Positions 8,416-18,694 of a stretch of 42,049 nucleotides of DNA are shown piece by piece. Every line of letters begins with the position of its first letter. Positions within the stretch are counted from its first letter, which is position 1. The notes below the pieces were generated by a model. The model was not told the origin of the DNA. It made no database searches and saw nothing but the letters and a program-made list of their open reading frames with translations. The position numbers were made by a program, and so were the translations under genes. Origin of the DNA: Planctomycetota bacterium (GTDB lineage Bacteria; Planctomycetota; Planctomycetia; JALXBF01); the NCBI GenBank assembly GCA_026991575.1, contig JALXBF010000152.1, positions 1-42,049 on the forward strand, in the 5' to 3' direction.

Positions 8416-11370
8416 CTACTCGACGGGTGCCTCGGCCAGCGGTAGCCGGGGACCGCGGGTGCGACCGCCGAGCAGGTCGGGATCGATCCGCGGGAACAAT
8501 GCCACCGAGACCCCGAAGTCGTCACGCAGAGGGTCAACGTCCAGTTCCACCCGGAACAGGAAGTCGGCGCCAATACGGGTCAGCACTAGCGACTGTCCCA
8601 GGTTCTTGTCCTCTTCGAAGTCAAAGCGGGTGATGAACGACGACACCCACTTGGGGCTCATCCAGTAGCTGTACGCGAAGTGGATCGCCTCGGACCCTAT
8701 CGGCTCCATGCTAGTGTAGGCAACTAGGAGGCTGCCGCGCGGCGGGCGATCGAGGTAGAGCCCGATGCTCCAGAACCGCGGCCCCCCGTCGAAGGTCTCA
8801 AACCAGCCGTCTGCCAGAATGCTGGTCCGATCGCCAAGGTGATACGCGTTGCGGTACTCGATCAGCCCAACTGGTTCGCCGAAGTTGTCCCGGTCTTCCT
8901 GGGGGAAGATCGTGAAGGAGATCTCGCTAGTTACCCAGTCAACAATGTGCCGTGCTCCAGGCATACCTCGCTTCGTTTGCAGGCGGTTCCGCCACCCGAT
9001 GCGGATGGCGTGAAGGTCGTCGAGCGTTTCGGCGGACTCGAGCAGACCGAGGCGGATCGCATAGCGCTGCGGGTCAAGCTGTGGCGGCAGCGCGCCGGCG
9101 AACTCGCGCTGAATGAACCGCTGGCGGTTAACTTGTTCGGAGTCCTCGTCGAGTTCGTCATACAGCGGCAGTCGCGTGTATGGGACGTCAGACTGGGCCA
9201 GGTAGTAGTCGACCGTGATGGTCATCTTGTGGGCCAGTCCGTGAACGTTGAGCAGTTGGCTTTCCAGTTCGGGAAACGTCCGCCAGAGCGTCACGGCGCT
9301 GCGCACGCCGGTTGCGCCGTAGAGCCGAAACTCGTCGTCGCCCGTGTTGACTTCGGACCACCCGGTGGCTCGGCCCAGGGCAAATGGCACCACGCGAACG
9401 GGCCCAAGCCACAGCGGTAAGCTGACTTCGTGCAGTGTGTCGAAGCGGAAGCCGTCCCGTGCGATTCCGGCCGGGTCCGGCACGAAATCGCCGGGGCGTA
9501 GGTCCAGGTAACCGATGGACGAGTGAGTCCAATACGTCAGTCCCCCGAAGAAGGGCTGACCGTAGTAGTAGAGATCAGCCCTGGGCCAGTATTCTGTGGT
9601 GGTCAGGAAGTCCATGATTCGATGGCGGGCAATAACTGACCAGGCCCACGGACCGCGTTGTTGCTTCAGGTAGAGGAGTGTTTCCTGGTCCTTGTCCTCT
9701 TCCCACTCGCTCTCATAGTACTGTTCCAGGAAGTTGCGGTCGCTGAGGTAAGCGGCTTCGGCAATGACGGTGATATCTGAGCCGATGCGTTGGCGGTGGC
9801 GCCAGAGGGCACGGCCGCGTGTGTTCTTCTCCGGTTCGATGTTCTTGCGTCGTCGTGCGATGCGATCCTTCCCCTGATCCAGAATGCCCCATGCCTTGTA
9901 CTCCCCCTTGTATTGGCCGGGCAGTCCGAGCAGGCCGGCTCCCTGATAGTCGCCATAGGTACCGATGGCCGGGCCACGTTTGCTGAGGTAATCCAGGTTG
10001 AAGTACCAGTTCCAATCGCCTGGTGGCTGGTCCCAGCCAAGGACCTCCCAGGCATTCCAGGCGGTTAGTAGCTGTGTGCCAAAGGTACGGTCGCGCCGGA
10101 CGCGGATCCGCTTCAGCGGAGACTGGACATCCTCAAGGGGAGATTCGATGTACGGCCAGTAGAAGATCGGGATTTCGCCAAGGTAGAGGAAGTTGCCTCG
10201 GCCTGATAGTTTCCGGCGGAGCACCTGTCCGTCCATGACTTCCTCGGTGAGCTGAGCCTGGCGGACCTCAGCCCGGTAGCCTGGTCGACCGAAGCGCGAC
10301 GTTGTCACGCGGACGGTTTCGCCAGAGAATCGGTGTGCGGCGATCTGGCGGAGTTCCGTTGCGCGCACGATCAGTGGCACGGTGGCGCGGGGCAAGCTCA
10401 TCCGCAGCTCGGCATTCCGAATGAGCGCGACGTTGCTGCGCACGTCGTAATACATTGCGTCCGCTTCGATGCGACGCGCCCCTTGCCGGACTACTACGTT
10501 GCCTTCCAGGTACAGCTCCAGTGGCACATCCTGGGACTGTGTGCCGCCCTGTGTCGCCTTGTGCGCCTCAGCCGACAGCGTCCAGATCACCATGCGATCG
10601 GCCGCGATGTCCACCGTGCCGATGCCGGGGATGTTATCGAGGACGAGCTGGATGCCGCCGGAGATCACGACGGCCGTTGTCTCGGGCGACACCTGGCGGG
10701 TTTGCACGTCGAATGGACGTCCGTAGCGCTGGTAGGCACGCAGCCGCCGCTCGCCAGAACCATCCGTCAGCATCGGCTCAAAAACCACCTGCCGAATCCC
10801 GCGCGCCCGATTCTCGCTGGCTCCCCCCTGGTGGGGCCGGGCCGCGTGCGCACGCCGGTACAAAGCCAGCTCGCGACCGGTGTCGCTGATCCGCAGCGCG
10901 GCACGAAGCCTCACCGGACCGGACACTGAGTAGCGTGCGTAAAAGGAACGGTGCTCAGAGCGGCGACCGTTGCTGAAGACGGTCGCTCCCTCGGCATACA
11001 GCTCAATGTGAGTTTCCTGCGGCTCCGTCTGGTCAGGCGTCACATAGATCCAGGCCACGGCCCCTTGAGCGATGATCCGCTCCTTGGGGGTCTGGATGAT
11101 GACGTCGCCATCGAGCAGAACGACGTGCTCCCGAGCCTCGTCCCAGACGTACACCACGCGAGCCTGCATCTGCAGCGTGCGCGCCTGGCCCAACCGCGGC
11201 ACAAGCTGAACCTGAGCGATCGCGCGCTGGCCAACGATCTGGCTGAAGGTCAGCGCCAGACCGATCAGCCACGCGGTTACCGCCGCTGCGCCAGACGGCC
11301 GCAGACAGCGGGACGCAGACCACGGGACGGCCCGCTCAACGGCGCCAAGCCAGGATGAGACTCCCTTCAT
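8416..11370 (-). CDS. lptD: LPS-assembly protein LptD / OstA-like outer-membrane protein (Planctomycete long type)
   Basis: Signal peptide, OstA-like repeats (LYLEGNVVVRQG, ADAMYYD), IPIFYWPY, DYLSKRG, SDRNFLEQYY and beta-strand-rich C-terminus. Confidence 0.8.
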   Translation of the reverse strand: MKGVSSWLGAVERAVPWSASRCLRPSGAAAVTAWLIGLALTFSQIVGQRAIAQVQLVPRLGQARTLQMQARVVYVWDEAREHVVLLDGDVIIQTPKERIIAQGAVAWIYVTPDQTEPQETHIELYAEGATVFSNGRRSEHRSFYARYSVSGPVRLRAALRISDTGRELALYRRAHAARPHQGGASENRARGIRQVVFEPMLTDGSGERRLRAYQRYGRPFDVQTRQVSPETTAVVISGGIQLVLDNIPGIGTVDIAADRMVIWTLSAEAHKATQGGTQSQDVPLELYLEGNVVVRQGARRIEADAMYYDVRSNVALIRNAELRMSLPRATVPLIVRATELRQIAAHRFSGETVRVTTSRFGRPGYRAEVRQAQLTEEVMDGQVLRRKLSGRGNFLYLGEIPIFYWPYIESPLEDVQSPLKRIRVRRDRTFGTQLLTAWNAWEVLGWDQPPGDWNWYFNLDYLSKRGPAIGTYGDYQGAGLLGLPGQYKGEYKAWGILDQGKDRIARRRKNIEPEKNTRGRALWRHRQRIGSDITVIAEAAYLSDRNFLEQYYESEWEEDKDQETLLYLKQQRGPWAWSVIARHRIMDFLTTTEYWPRADLYYYGQPFFGGLTYWTHSSIGYLDLRPGDFVPDPAGIARDGFRFDTLHEVSLPLWLGPVRVVPFALGRATGWSEVNTGDDEFRLYGATGVRSAVTLWRTFPELESQLLNVHGLAHKMTITVDYYLAQSDVPYTRLPLYDELDEDSEQVNRQRFIQREFAGALPPQLDPQRYAIRLGLLESAETLDDLHAIRIGWRNRLQTKRGMPGARHIVDWVTSEISFTIFPQEDRDNFGEPVGLIEYRNAYHLGDRTSILADGWFETFDGGPRFWSIGLYLDRPPRGSLLVAYTSMEPIGSEAIHFAYSYWMSPKWVSSFITRFDFEEDKNLGQSLVLTRIGADFLFRVELDVDPLRDDFGVSVALFPRIDPDLLGGRTRGPRLPLAEAPVE

Positions 11371-11629
11371 CGTCGCGGTTCTCTATGTCCTGCGTCCTGA
11401 GTTGCACGGGCGGTTGAACGGCAGGCGCTGAGTTGCTTGCCACGTGCGGGCCGATTATGTGCGGCCCAGTGCTGGCTGTCAACGCTGGACCGCCGCAAAC
11501 CGCCACGACACGCACCGCCTCGTCGATCTGCGCTGCGCGGCCGGCAGTACCACCAGGCCACGGCGTGGCCGGGCGCTGTGGGCAACCAGCGCGGAACGCA
11601 CCTGGCAACAGCGGGCGCGGGTGGCATGT

Positions 11630-12103
11630 TCAATCCAGCAGCGGCAGGAGATGGTGGGCAAGAATCACGGCGACGATGAGCGCAGAAGTAAGCATCAACA
11701 GCTGTACCGCGCCGGCACCCAGTTCGATCGCGGCACGAACATGCTCGGCCGAATCCGGCGGCAGCGCACGACCCAGCGCCCGCACCGAACCTAGCCAGAG
11801 TTCCCCCCCCATGCGGGCACCGACTCCGGCCAGCACAATGCACCATTCAATGTACGACAGTTCCAGGACCATAGCGATGGTGATGGTGACAACAGCAAGG
11901 AAGATGTGCAGCGCCAGGCGCGAGTCTTGCCGCATGGCCCGCTTCCACCCGCGCCAGCCCAGGCTCCAACCTGGCTCGCGCAGGAGCAACCGTACCTCGT
12001 TGGCCTCATCCGTGTCGTCGACCGGCCTGGGAGCCAGCCGCAGCGCCGCAACCTGCTCTGGCTCGGGTCGGTCGGCAGACCGCGCAACCTGGGCCTCACT
12101 CAT
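11630..12103 (-). CDS. Prokaryotic diacylglycerol/undecaprenol kinase (DgkA) family protein, divergent
   Basis: Amphipathic helix GWRGWKRAMRQD plus 3 TM helices matching DgkA topology, with ELGAGAV near the end. ATG at 12103 follows AGGAGAGG. Confidence 0.65.
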   Translation of the reverse strand: MSEAQVARSADRPEPEQVAALRLAPRPVDDTDEANEVRLLLREPGWSLGWRGWKRAMRQDSRLALHIFLAVVTITIAMVLELSYIEWCIVLAGVGARMGGELWLGSVRALGRALPPDSAEHVRAAIELGAGAVQLLMLTSALIVAVILAHHLLPLLD

Positions 12104-12630
12104 TGCCACCTCTCCTTCAGCTATAGCCCATCGACCGTTGGACTCCCAATACCTGATCCCCTCCTGCAGGTCTAGCCCTGTCTGGCCCATCGCTTGCCCA
12201 GTCGGCCCGTGACGGCGGCGGCGGCGAACGCGCCCGCGGCGGCCGGCCGGTCCGCAACCAGATCAGCCTCACGCGCATCGCCTGACCCGCAGAACGATCG
12301 GCGGAACGCCGGTGAGGTGGCCTTCGAGCGCACCGCCACATCCGGACGCCGCCGACCATGTCTTTGGGAACGCCACCGCCGAGAAAAGCGTCGGACTGAT
12401 GGTTCAGCTGCCGGGGCGGTGGTCCCGCCAGTCCGGCAGAGCCAGCTCAGCAGCGCAACGGGCAAGCACGCAGCGACAGGACCGTGCGGTACTGGTGCTT
12501 GCCGGGTTAGGACGGTCGAACCAGATCGGACCAGGCTGCCCCGAACCGCGGGCAGGTGCCGATCCGGCCAGTCTTCGGGCACGCACCACACCGGCCGCCT
12601 GGACGGGTAGCGAACACGGCGATCGCGCTC

Positions 12631-12659
12631 TTGATATCGGATCGGTGCCCCGTAATACT
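12631..12659 (+). promoter_or_regulatory. Putative tRNA promoter
   Basis: TTGATA (12631-36), then TAATACT (12653-59), about 22 nt upstream of the tRNA. Confidence 0.45.
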
Positions 12660-12681
12660 TCTCATGGACGGACGCTTAGAT

Positions 12682-12755
12682 GCCCCCCTAGCTCAATTTG
12701 GCAGAGCAACTGACTCTTAATCAGTGGGTTCCAGGTTCGAGTCCTGGGGGGGGCA
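12682..12755 (+). tRNA. tRNA-Lys (anticodon CTT), CCA not encoded
   Basis: Acceptor stem GCCCCCC/GGGGGGC, D arm GCTC...GAGC, anticodon arm ACTGA-CTCTTAA-TCAGT, T arm CCAGG-TTCGAGT-CCTGG, discriminator A. Confidence 0.96.
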
Positions 12756-12768
12756 CTGTGTCGATGGC

Positions 12769-12795
12769 AGCCCGCCTGTCGGCGGGCTTTTTGTT
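12769..12795 (+). terminator. Intrinsic terminator of tRNA-Lys
   Basis: AGCCCGCC-TGTC-GGCGGGCT followed by TTTTGTT. Confidence 0.85.
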
Positions 12796-12840
12796 GCGCG
12801 CCCCGGCGCCGCAACGTGATCGGGCACGGAGCACTCTGAC

Positions 12841-14295
12841 ATGCGTCTAGCCCCTGCTTTGACGGCCGCCTTTCTGATCAGCTTGACTGCCTACGATGTA
12901 GCGCACGCCGGGGCCGACCGCCAGCCAAACGTGCTGTTCATCGCCATTGACGATCTCAACGACTGGACCGGCAAACTCGGCGGACACCCTCAGGCTCACA
13001 CACCGCACCTGGACCGGCTCGCCGAGCGAAGCGTCTGGTTCACGCGTGCCTACTGCGCCGCACCGGCTTGCAACCCGTCACGTACCGCACTGCTGACGGG
13101 CGTAGCCCCTTACCGCTCCGGTGTGTACCGCAACACGCACCCCTGGCGGCCTGCTTTACCGGATGTCACGACCCTGCCCGCTCTGTTCAAACAAGCCGGC
13201 TACACGGTGCTTGGTGCTGGCAAGATCTTCCACGGGCCCTACCCGGACCCGGAAGCCTGGCACGAGTACTACCCGTCGCCAACCAAGACTCGACCGTCTG
13301 ATCCGCTGCCTGCCAAGCGACCGCTGAACGGGATCCCCCGCGTCGGCCACTTCGATTGGGGCCCGCTGAACGTCCCAGACGAGGCAATGGGAGACTACAA
13401 GGTAGCCGAGTGGGTTTGTCGCCAGCTGGAGCGACAGCATGAGCGGCCGTTCTTCCTGGCCTGTGGCCTGTATCGGCCCCACCTGCCGTGGTACGTACCT
13501 GAAACGTACTTCGAGCTGTTCCCTGTCAACGGGATCCAGCTACCCAAGGTGCTGCCAGACGATCTGGCCGACATCCCTCCCGGCGGCCTGAAGATGGTTC
13601 GGCGCCGCGATCACCGACTGATCCTGAAGTACAACCAGTGGCGCCAAGCTGTGCAGGGCTATCTGGCCAGCGTCGCGTTTGCCGACAGGATGGTGGGCAA
13701 GGTGCTGGATACCTTGGCGCGGAGCCCGTATGCGGACAACACGATCGTTGTCTTGTGGAGCGACCACGGGTGGCACCACGGACAGAAGGAGCACTGGCGA
13801 AAGTTCGCGCTCTGGGAGCAGACCACGCGCGTGCCGTTGATGATCCTGGTACCCCCGGGCAACCGGGCCGTCCCATCAGGCACGCCGTCCGGTCGGCCAT
13901 GCAGCCGGACGGTCAGTCTGCTGGACATCTACCCCACGCTGATCGACCTCTGCGGGCTAGATCGTCCCGAGCACCGACTTGACGGCCGTAGCCTGGTGCC
14001 GCTGCTCCGCAACCCGGACGCTCCCTGGCACCGCCCGGCGATCATGACTTACGGTTTCCGGAACCACGCCGTGCGTACCGAACGCTGGCGGTACATTCGC
14101 TACGCGGACGGCTCCGAGGAACTATACGATCACGCGAACGACCCGCTGGAGTGGCGCAACCTGGCCGCCCGCGAGGAGTACTGGCGGATCAAAGAAGAGC
14201 TGGCCGCGTTCCTGCCAGAGCAGAACGTACCGCCTGCTCGGTCGGATCGCCGACGGGTGCCCGGGGCGAAGCAACGCACGACGCACTCGCGCTGA
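12841..14295 (+). CDS. Secreted Cys-type sulfatase (iduronate-2-sulfatase/choline-sulfatase-like, family S1)
   Basis: Signal peptide, PNVLFIAIDDL, CNPSRTALLTG, GKIFH, RPHLPW, SDHGWH, ELYDH..DPLEW.NLA. Confidence 0.92.
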   Translation: MRLAPALTAAFLISLTAYDVAHAGADRQPNVLFIAIDDLNDWTGKLGGHPQAHTPHLDRLAERSVWFTRAYCAAPACNPSRTALLTGVAPYRSGVYRNTHPWRPALPDVTTLPALFKQAGYTVLGAGKIFHGPYPDPEAWHEYYPSPTKTRPSDPLPAKRPLNGIPRVGHFDWGPLNVPDEAMGDYKVAEWVCRQLERQHERPFFLACGLYRPHLPWYVPETYFELFPVNGIQLPKVLPDDLADIPPGGLKMVRRRDHRLILKYNQWRQAVQGYLASVAFADRMVGKVLDTLARSPYADNTIVVLWSDHGWHHGQKEHWRKFALWEQTTRVPLMILVPPGNRAVPSGTPSGRPCSRTVSLLDIYPTLIDLCGLDRPEHRLDGRSLVPLLRNPDAPWHRPAIMTYGFRNHAVRTERWRYIRYADGSEELYDHANDPLEWRNLAAREEYWRIKEELAAFLPEQNVPPARSDRRRVPGAKQRTTHSR

Positions 14296-15112
14296 GAGCC
14301 ATCCGCAGACATCTGCCCTCGTCGGCCGGTGCCGCGTAGCCTGGCCCGCCAGGCACCCGATCCACAACGTGCCGAGGAACAACTCCCAGAACGGGGATCC
14401 ATGCAACCGGCGCCGTAACCGCTAATCCGGCGCTGAGTGCCGTCGCATCGCGGAGGGACTGTGCTCCTGAAGTCGATTCCCAGCCTCGCTACGTCAACCC
14501 ACCGGCCGTCAACCCCACGGCCGCGAACGGATCCGCCCCAGACGGGCGGAGGTACATAGCCCGCCAGCTGCACGCGCAGCTCAGCTGCTGTAGCCCGGGC
14601 CCTGGGGCAGCACGTGGAGAAGAATGCTGCTGGACTCTGACGGGGGGTTGCCTCCGACGCTCTGCGCGTCCGGTTTGGTTCGGCGGCTGTCCGGGCGTGC
14701 GGCCGGGCGAACAAGCAAAGACCACATGGGCTATGGCCGGGACACGGCTCGCTGCGTGCCGCACCCGACGCACCGGGGGCAGCTGCGGCGTCGAGTGCGG
14801 GAAAGAGAAGCGAAAGAAACAATGCGGCGACACCGGCCCTGCTCTGAGAACGGCAAGTCCTACGTCGGGAACATGGACTACCCGGACACCCGTTCACCGA
14901 GGCCGTGCCGGCGCAATTCGCGGGGCGGAGCTTGCTCGGGGGCGGCCCATGGGCTGGCTGCACGCGACACTTGTCAGCGACCCACTCCCAGGTTCGTGTC
15001 CGCAGGAGCTGAATTGGACGGGCTGCTGTCAATGACGGTGAGAACTGTTCGCGACAGCGGCCTTGGCTATGATAGCCGGCGATCCCCCATGCATCGTGGA
15101 GGCCACACCGCT

Positions 15113-16528
15113 ATGCGAAGTTCTTCGGTAGCCCTCACTGTTGCCGTCATCCTCGCCACGTGCTGCCCGGATTGGAGCGCTTCCGCCGACGAGTCAGCGC
15201 CGCTGGAAGCCGGGTGGGCAATCACGGACATCACTCCACCGCTTGGCTTTCGGCTGAGTGGCTACTTCCGCGAGCGTCGTGCCACGGGCATCAAGGATCC
15301 GTTGCACGCTAAGGCACTAGTCTTGCGTCAGGGCGAGATGCAGGTCGCGCTCGTCTTCTGCGACCTTGTGTGGGTTCCTCATGAGATTTCCGTCCGGGCG
15401 CGTCGTCAAAGCGCTGCTCGAACTGGTCTGTCCATCGACCGGATCTCCATCCTGGCCACTCACACCCACACTGGACCGCTTTACTACGGAGCCATGCGCG
15501 ACCTGCTCCACCGCCAGGCCGTAGATGCGTCCGGAACTGACCCGGGAGAGCCCATTGACTACGTTCCCTTCCTCATCGAGCGGATCGTGGCTGCCGTCGA
15601 CCAGGCTAACAATCGGCTACGTCCCGTGGGGCTGAAGGCTGCCAAGCTACGGCAGCGACCTCAGATCTCCTTCAATCGCCGCTATCACATGAAGGACGGG
15701 TCAGTTCGTTTCAATCCGGGCGTTGGCAATCCGAACATCATCCGGCCGGCGGGCCCCATCGATCCGTACGTTGACGTGCTGCTGTTCACGGATCCGGGGA
15801 CCGATCGGCCGCTGGCCTCCCTGACGGTCTTTGCCCTCCACCTGGACACCACCGGGGGCACGGAGTACTCCGCGGACTATCCGTACTACCTGGAAAAGCA
15901 CCTGAAGGCCGAGCTTGGGGAGGCGTTCGTCTCGTTCTTCGCTTCGGGCACCTGCGGCGATATCAACCACATCGATGTCCGAGCCCGTGACGGGGCGCGC
16001 CGGCGTGCTCCGGAACTGGGTAGGCTGCTGAGCCGGACCGTGCTGCGGGCCATTGCTCAGGCCAGGCCGCTGGACCCGTCGCTGAAGCTGGCGCACACAA
16101 CGCTCTATGCTCGCGCTCAGCAGTACAGCGACGAGCAGAAGCAGTGGGCTGAGGAGACGCTCCCACTGATTGTCACGCGCAAGCTCCCCTTTCTGGAGCG
16201 GGTGCGCGCGTACAAGATCGCCGATCTGGCTCGCTTTCCCAACGGTCGAATTCCGCTGGAGATTCATGCTGTGCGGCTCAGCAGGGAAACAGCCGCGGTG
16301 ACGTTGCCGGGCGAGGTGTTCGTGGAACTTGGCCTGGAGCTTAAGCGACGTTCCCCGTTCCCACACACGATCGTGATGGAGTTGGCCAACGGCGCGCCGG
16401 CTTACATCCCGACCCGCAAGGCGTTCCGCGAGGGCAGCTACGAGATTGTCAACTCGCGGATCGCACCGGGCGAGGGCGAACGGATGATCGACGAGGCGGT
16501 GGGCCTTCTGAAGCAGCTCGCTCCGTGA
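15113..16528 (+). CDS. Neutral/alkaline non-lysosomal ceramidase-like metallohydrolase, secreted
   Basis: DITPP, DPLHAKALVL, ATHTHTGP metal motif, SFNRRY, GTCGDIN, LPGEVFVELG, AYIPT...GSYE. ATG at 15113 follows GGAGG and gives a signal peptide. Confidence 0.82.
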   Translation: MRSSSVALTVAVILATCCPDWSASADESAPLEAGWAITDITPPLGFRLSGYFRERRATGIKDPLHAKALVLRQGEMQVALVFCDLVWVPHEISVRARRQSAARTGLSIDRISILATHTHTGPLYYGAMRDLLHRQAVDASGTDPGEPIDYVPFLIERIVAAVDQANNRLRPVGLKAAKLRQRPQISFNRRYHMKDGSVRFNPGVGNPNIIRPAGPIDPYVDVLLFTDPGTDRPLASLTVFALHLDTTGGTEYSADYPYYLEKHLKAELGEAFVSFFASGTCGDINHIDVRARDGARRRAPELGRLLSRTVLRAIAQARPLDPSLKLAHTTLYARAQQYSDEQKQWAEETLPLIVTRKLPFLERVRAYKIADLARFPNGRIPLEIHAVRLSRETAAVTLPGEVFVELGLELKRRSPFPHTIVMELANGAPAYIPTRKAFREGSYEIVNSRIAPGEGERMIDEAVGLLKQLAP

Positions 16529-16970
16529 CGCCCGGACACCTGGCGAGCGGAGCGGTTCGTGCAGGCCGCTGCCGAGATTGCCGCGCCCACGTGCCCCATA
16601 GCACGGGAATCGGCCGCTGAGGAAATTGTGCCTCTCCGGCCGGCGTTTGAGGGGCATCCGCCGGAGAGACTGACCACGTCCGCGGTCCGGCGAATCGCGG
16701 ACACCACAGCTGTACCTCCGCGCCTGCAAGCCACCACTTCCGCTCGTGCGCCGACTGAACTCGGCGGTCTGCCTTGAGCCGGTAGCTCCCCCTTGGGATC
16801 TAGCATGAGGAAGGCACCGGCCGATCGAGCCCCCGCGTCGGATCACCGTAGGCGTGACCGTGTCGATCATGAGACGGTAGCTGATCGAGATGATCGGGTG
16901 TCTGGAATCGTGCTTGGTTGGGGTCACCGACCTCGTCGAGGACGGGCCGGACCCTGCACGAATCGGGCGT

Positions 16971-16999
16971 TGGACATCGTCCCCGGCGTTCGCTATGCT
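16971..16999 (+). promoter_or_regulatory. Putative sigma70 promoter of the FDH operon
   Basis: TGGACA, 17-bp spacer, TATGCT, about 33 nt before GTG 17033. Confidence 0.45.
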
Positions 17000-17032
17000 A
17001 GCGCCGTTGTTGTGCCCGAAGGGGAGGCCGAA

Positions 17033-18694
17033 GTGAAGGAGTTGATCGAACGGCTGCAATGGCTCCGGCTGGTGCACGGGGAATACGGTGAGCAACAGCT
17101 GCGTTCGCTCGCCGAACAGCATCGGATCCCGCTGTATCGAATTCAGGAGCTCATCTCTTACTACCCGCAGCTTCGGCCGCGGCCGGCCGGTGTTCGTCTG
17201 TTACGCGTTTGCCGTGACGTGGTGTGCGCCCTGCATGGCTGTGAGGAGCTTCGCCAACAACTGGCCGCGCAGCTGCGTGAGGCGGCGGTGGACGACACCG
17301 TCATCGAGAGCTGTTCCTGCCTGGGCCGCTGTGACACGGCGCCGGCTGCGCTACTGGACGATGAGCCGGTACGTCTGACGTCGCGACTGGGCCACGTGGT
17401 TCCGGCACCCGTCCCGGTGCCCGAGCCCTCCGATAACCGCCCCGACTGGCAGCTCTACCCGTACCCCAACCGAGCGCGCGCTTACTCGACGCTCGCCGAA
17501 CTGCGAGCGGCTGAGACTGAGGAAGCCGCCGGACGGATCCTGGCTGCGCTGGAGCGAGCGGAATTGCGTGGCATGGGGGGCGCCGGGTTCCCGACTCATC
17601 GCAAGTGGCGAGCGGTTGCTGCGGCAGCCGGTTCGCCCAAGTACGTCATCTGCAACGCAGACGAGAGCGAACCGGGAACGTTCAAGGATCGCATGATTCT
17701 GGCGACCATGCCGGAGCTGGTGCTGGAAGGCATGGTCCTGGCAGCTCTGGCCACTGGCGCCCGCCACGGCTACATCTTCATCCGACACGAGTACGGGCCG
17801 GAGGCGGCCGTGGTAGAGGAAGCAATCGAACGGGCTCGTGCTCGTGGCTGGCTTGGCCCTGCTGCCATTGGGCCGGGGCGGCCGTTTGATGTTGAGCTCG
17901 TACGTTCGCCTGGCGGATACATCCTGGGCGAAGAAACCGCGTTGCTGGAAGTGCTTGAGGGCCGTCGCGGCGAACCGCGGCTTCGCCCGCCTTACCCGGC
18001 CGAGTCTGGCCTATATGGCAAGCCTACGCTGATCAACAACGTGGAAACTTTCGCAGCCGCAGCGGCAATCGTTGCACGCGGTGCCGAATGGTGGCGCAGC
18101 TTTGGTCAGAACGGAGCTTGTGGCCTGAAGCTCGTGTCCGTATGCGGCGACGTGGCGCACCCGGGGGTCTATGAGGTCGAACTCGGAACGCCGATCCGGG
18201 CCATCATTGAGCTGGCCGGTGGTGTCCGCGACGGCCGACCGCTGAAGGCGTTCACGGCGGGCGGAGTCTCGGCAACATGGCTTGGCCCCGAACACGTGGA
18301 TACGCCTCTGTCTTTCGAATCGCTCCGCGCGGCCGGCTCCAGCCTCGGCACCGGTGCCATCATCGTGCTCGCAGACGACCGCTCTGCAGTTGCCACGGCA
18401 CGGTCGATTGTTGAGTTCTTCGCGGCCGAGAGCTGTGGTAAGTGTGTGCCGTGCCGGCTCGGCACTGCCCTGGCGGCTCGCCAGCTGCGCGCCACACTGG
18501 AGGATCCGAGCTGCAGCGGGCTGGATCTGGCGTTCCTCAGGCAGTTAGCCGACACACTACGTGAGACCTCAATCTGCGGTCTGGGCCAGGTTGCCCTGAG
18601 CGGTTTGCTGTCTCTGGTCGAGCGTTTTCCGGAAGAGTTCCCGCTACGTAGCTCAGCAGACAATGCCGATCCGGAGGGGAAGCGTGCCCGATGA
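17033..18694 (+). CDS. NAD-dependent formate dehydrogenase beta (diaphorase) subunit, NuoE-NuoF fusion
   Basis: [2Fe-2S] CRDVVC...CLGRC; LRGMGGAGFPT; CNADESEPGTFKDR; YILGEETALL; [4Fe-4S] ESCGKCVPC...SICGLG. GTG start follows GGGGAGG. Confidence 0.9.
   Translation: MKELIERLQWLRLVHGEYGEQQLRSLAEQHRIPLYRIQELISYYPQLRPRPAGVRLLRVCRDVVCALHGCEELRQQLAAQLREAAVDDTVIESCSCLGRCDTAPAALLDDEPVRLTSRLGHVVPAPVPVPEPSDNRPDWQLYPYPNRARAYSTLAELRAAETEEAAGRILAALERAELRGMGGAGFPTHRKWRAVAAAAGSPKYVICNADESEPGTFKDRMILATMPELVLEGMVLAALATGARHGYIFIRHEYGPEAAVVEEAIERARARGWLGPAAIGPGRPFDVELVRSPGGYILGEETALLEVLEGRRGEPRLRPPYPAESGLYGKPTLINNVETFAAAAAIVARGAEWWRSFGQNGACGLKLVSVCGDVAHPGVYEVELGTPIRAIIELAGGVRDGRPLKAFTAGGVSATWLGPEHVDTPLSFESLRAAGSSLGTGAIIVLADDRSAVATARSIVEFFAAESCGKCVPCRLGTALAARQLRATLEDPSCSGLDLAFLRQLADTLRETSICGLGQVALSGLLSLVERFPEEFPLRSSADNADPEGKRAR

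Noticed and set aside
14624..15112. Long N-terminal extensions in the ORF track (also 711, 16793, 26229, 29937)
   Set aside because: Low-complexity Arg/Pro/Gly-rich sequence; downstream starts fit the domain boundaries better and most have an RBS.
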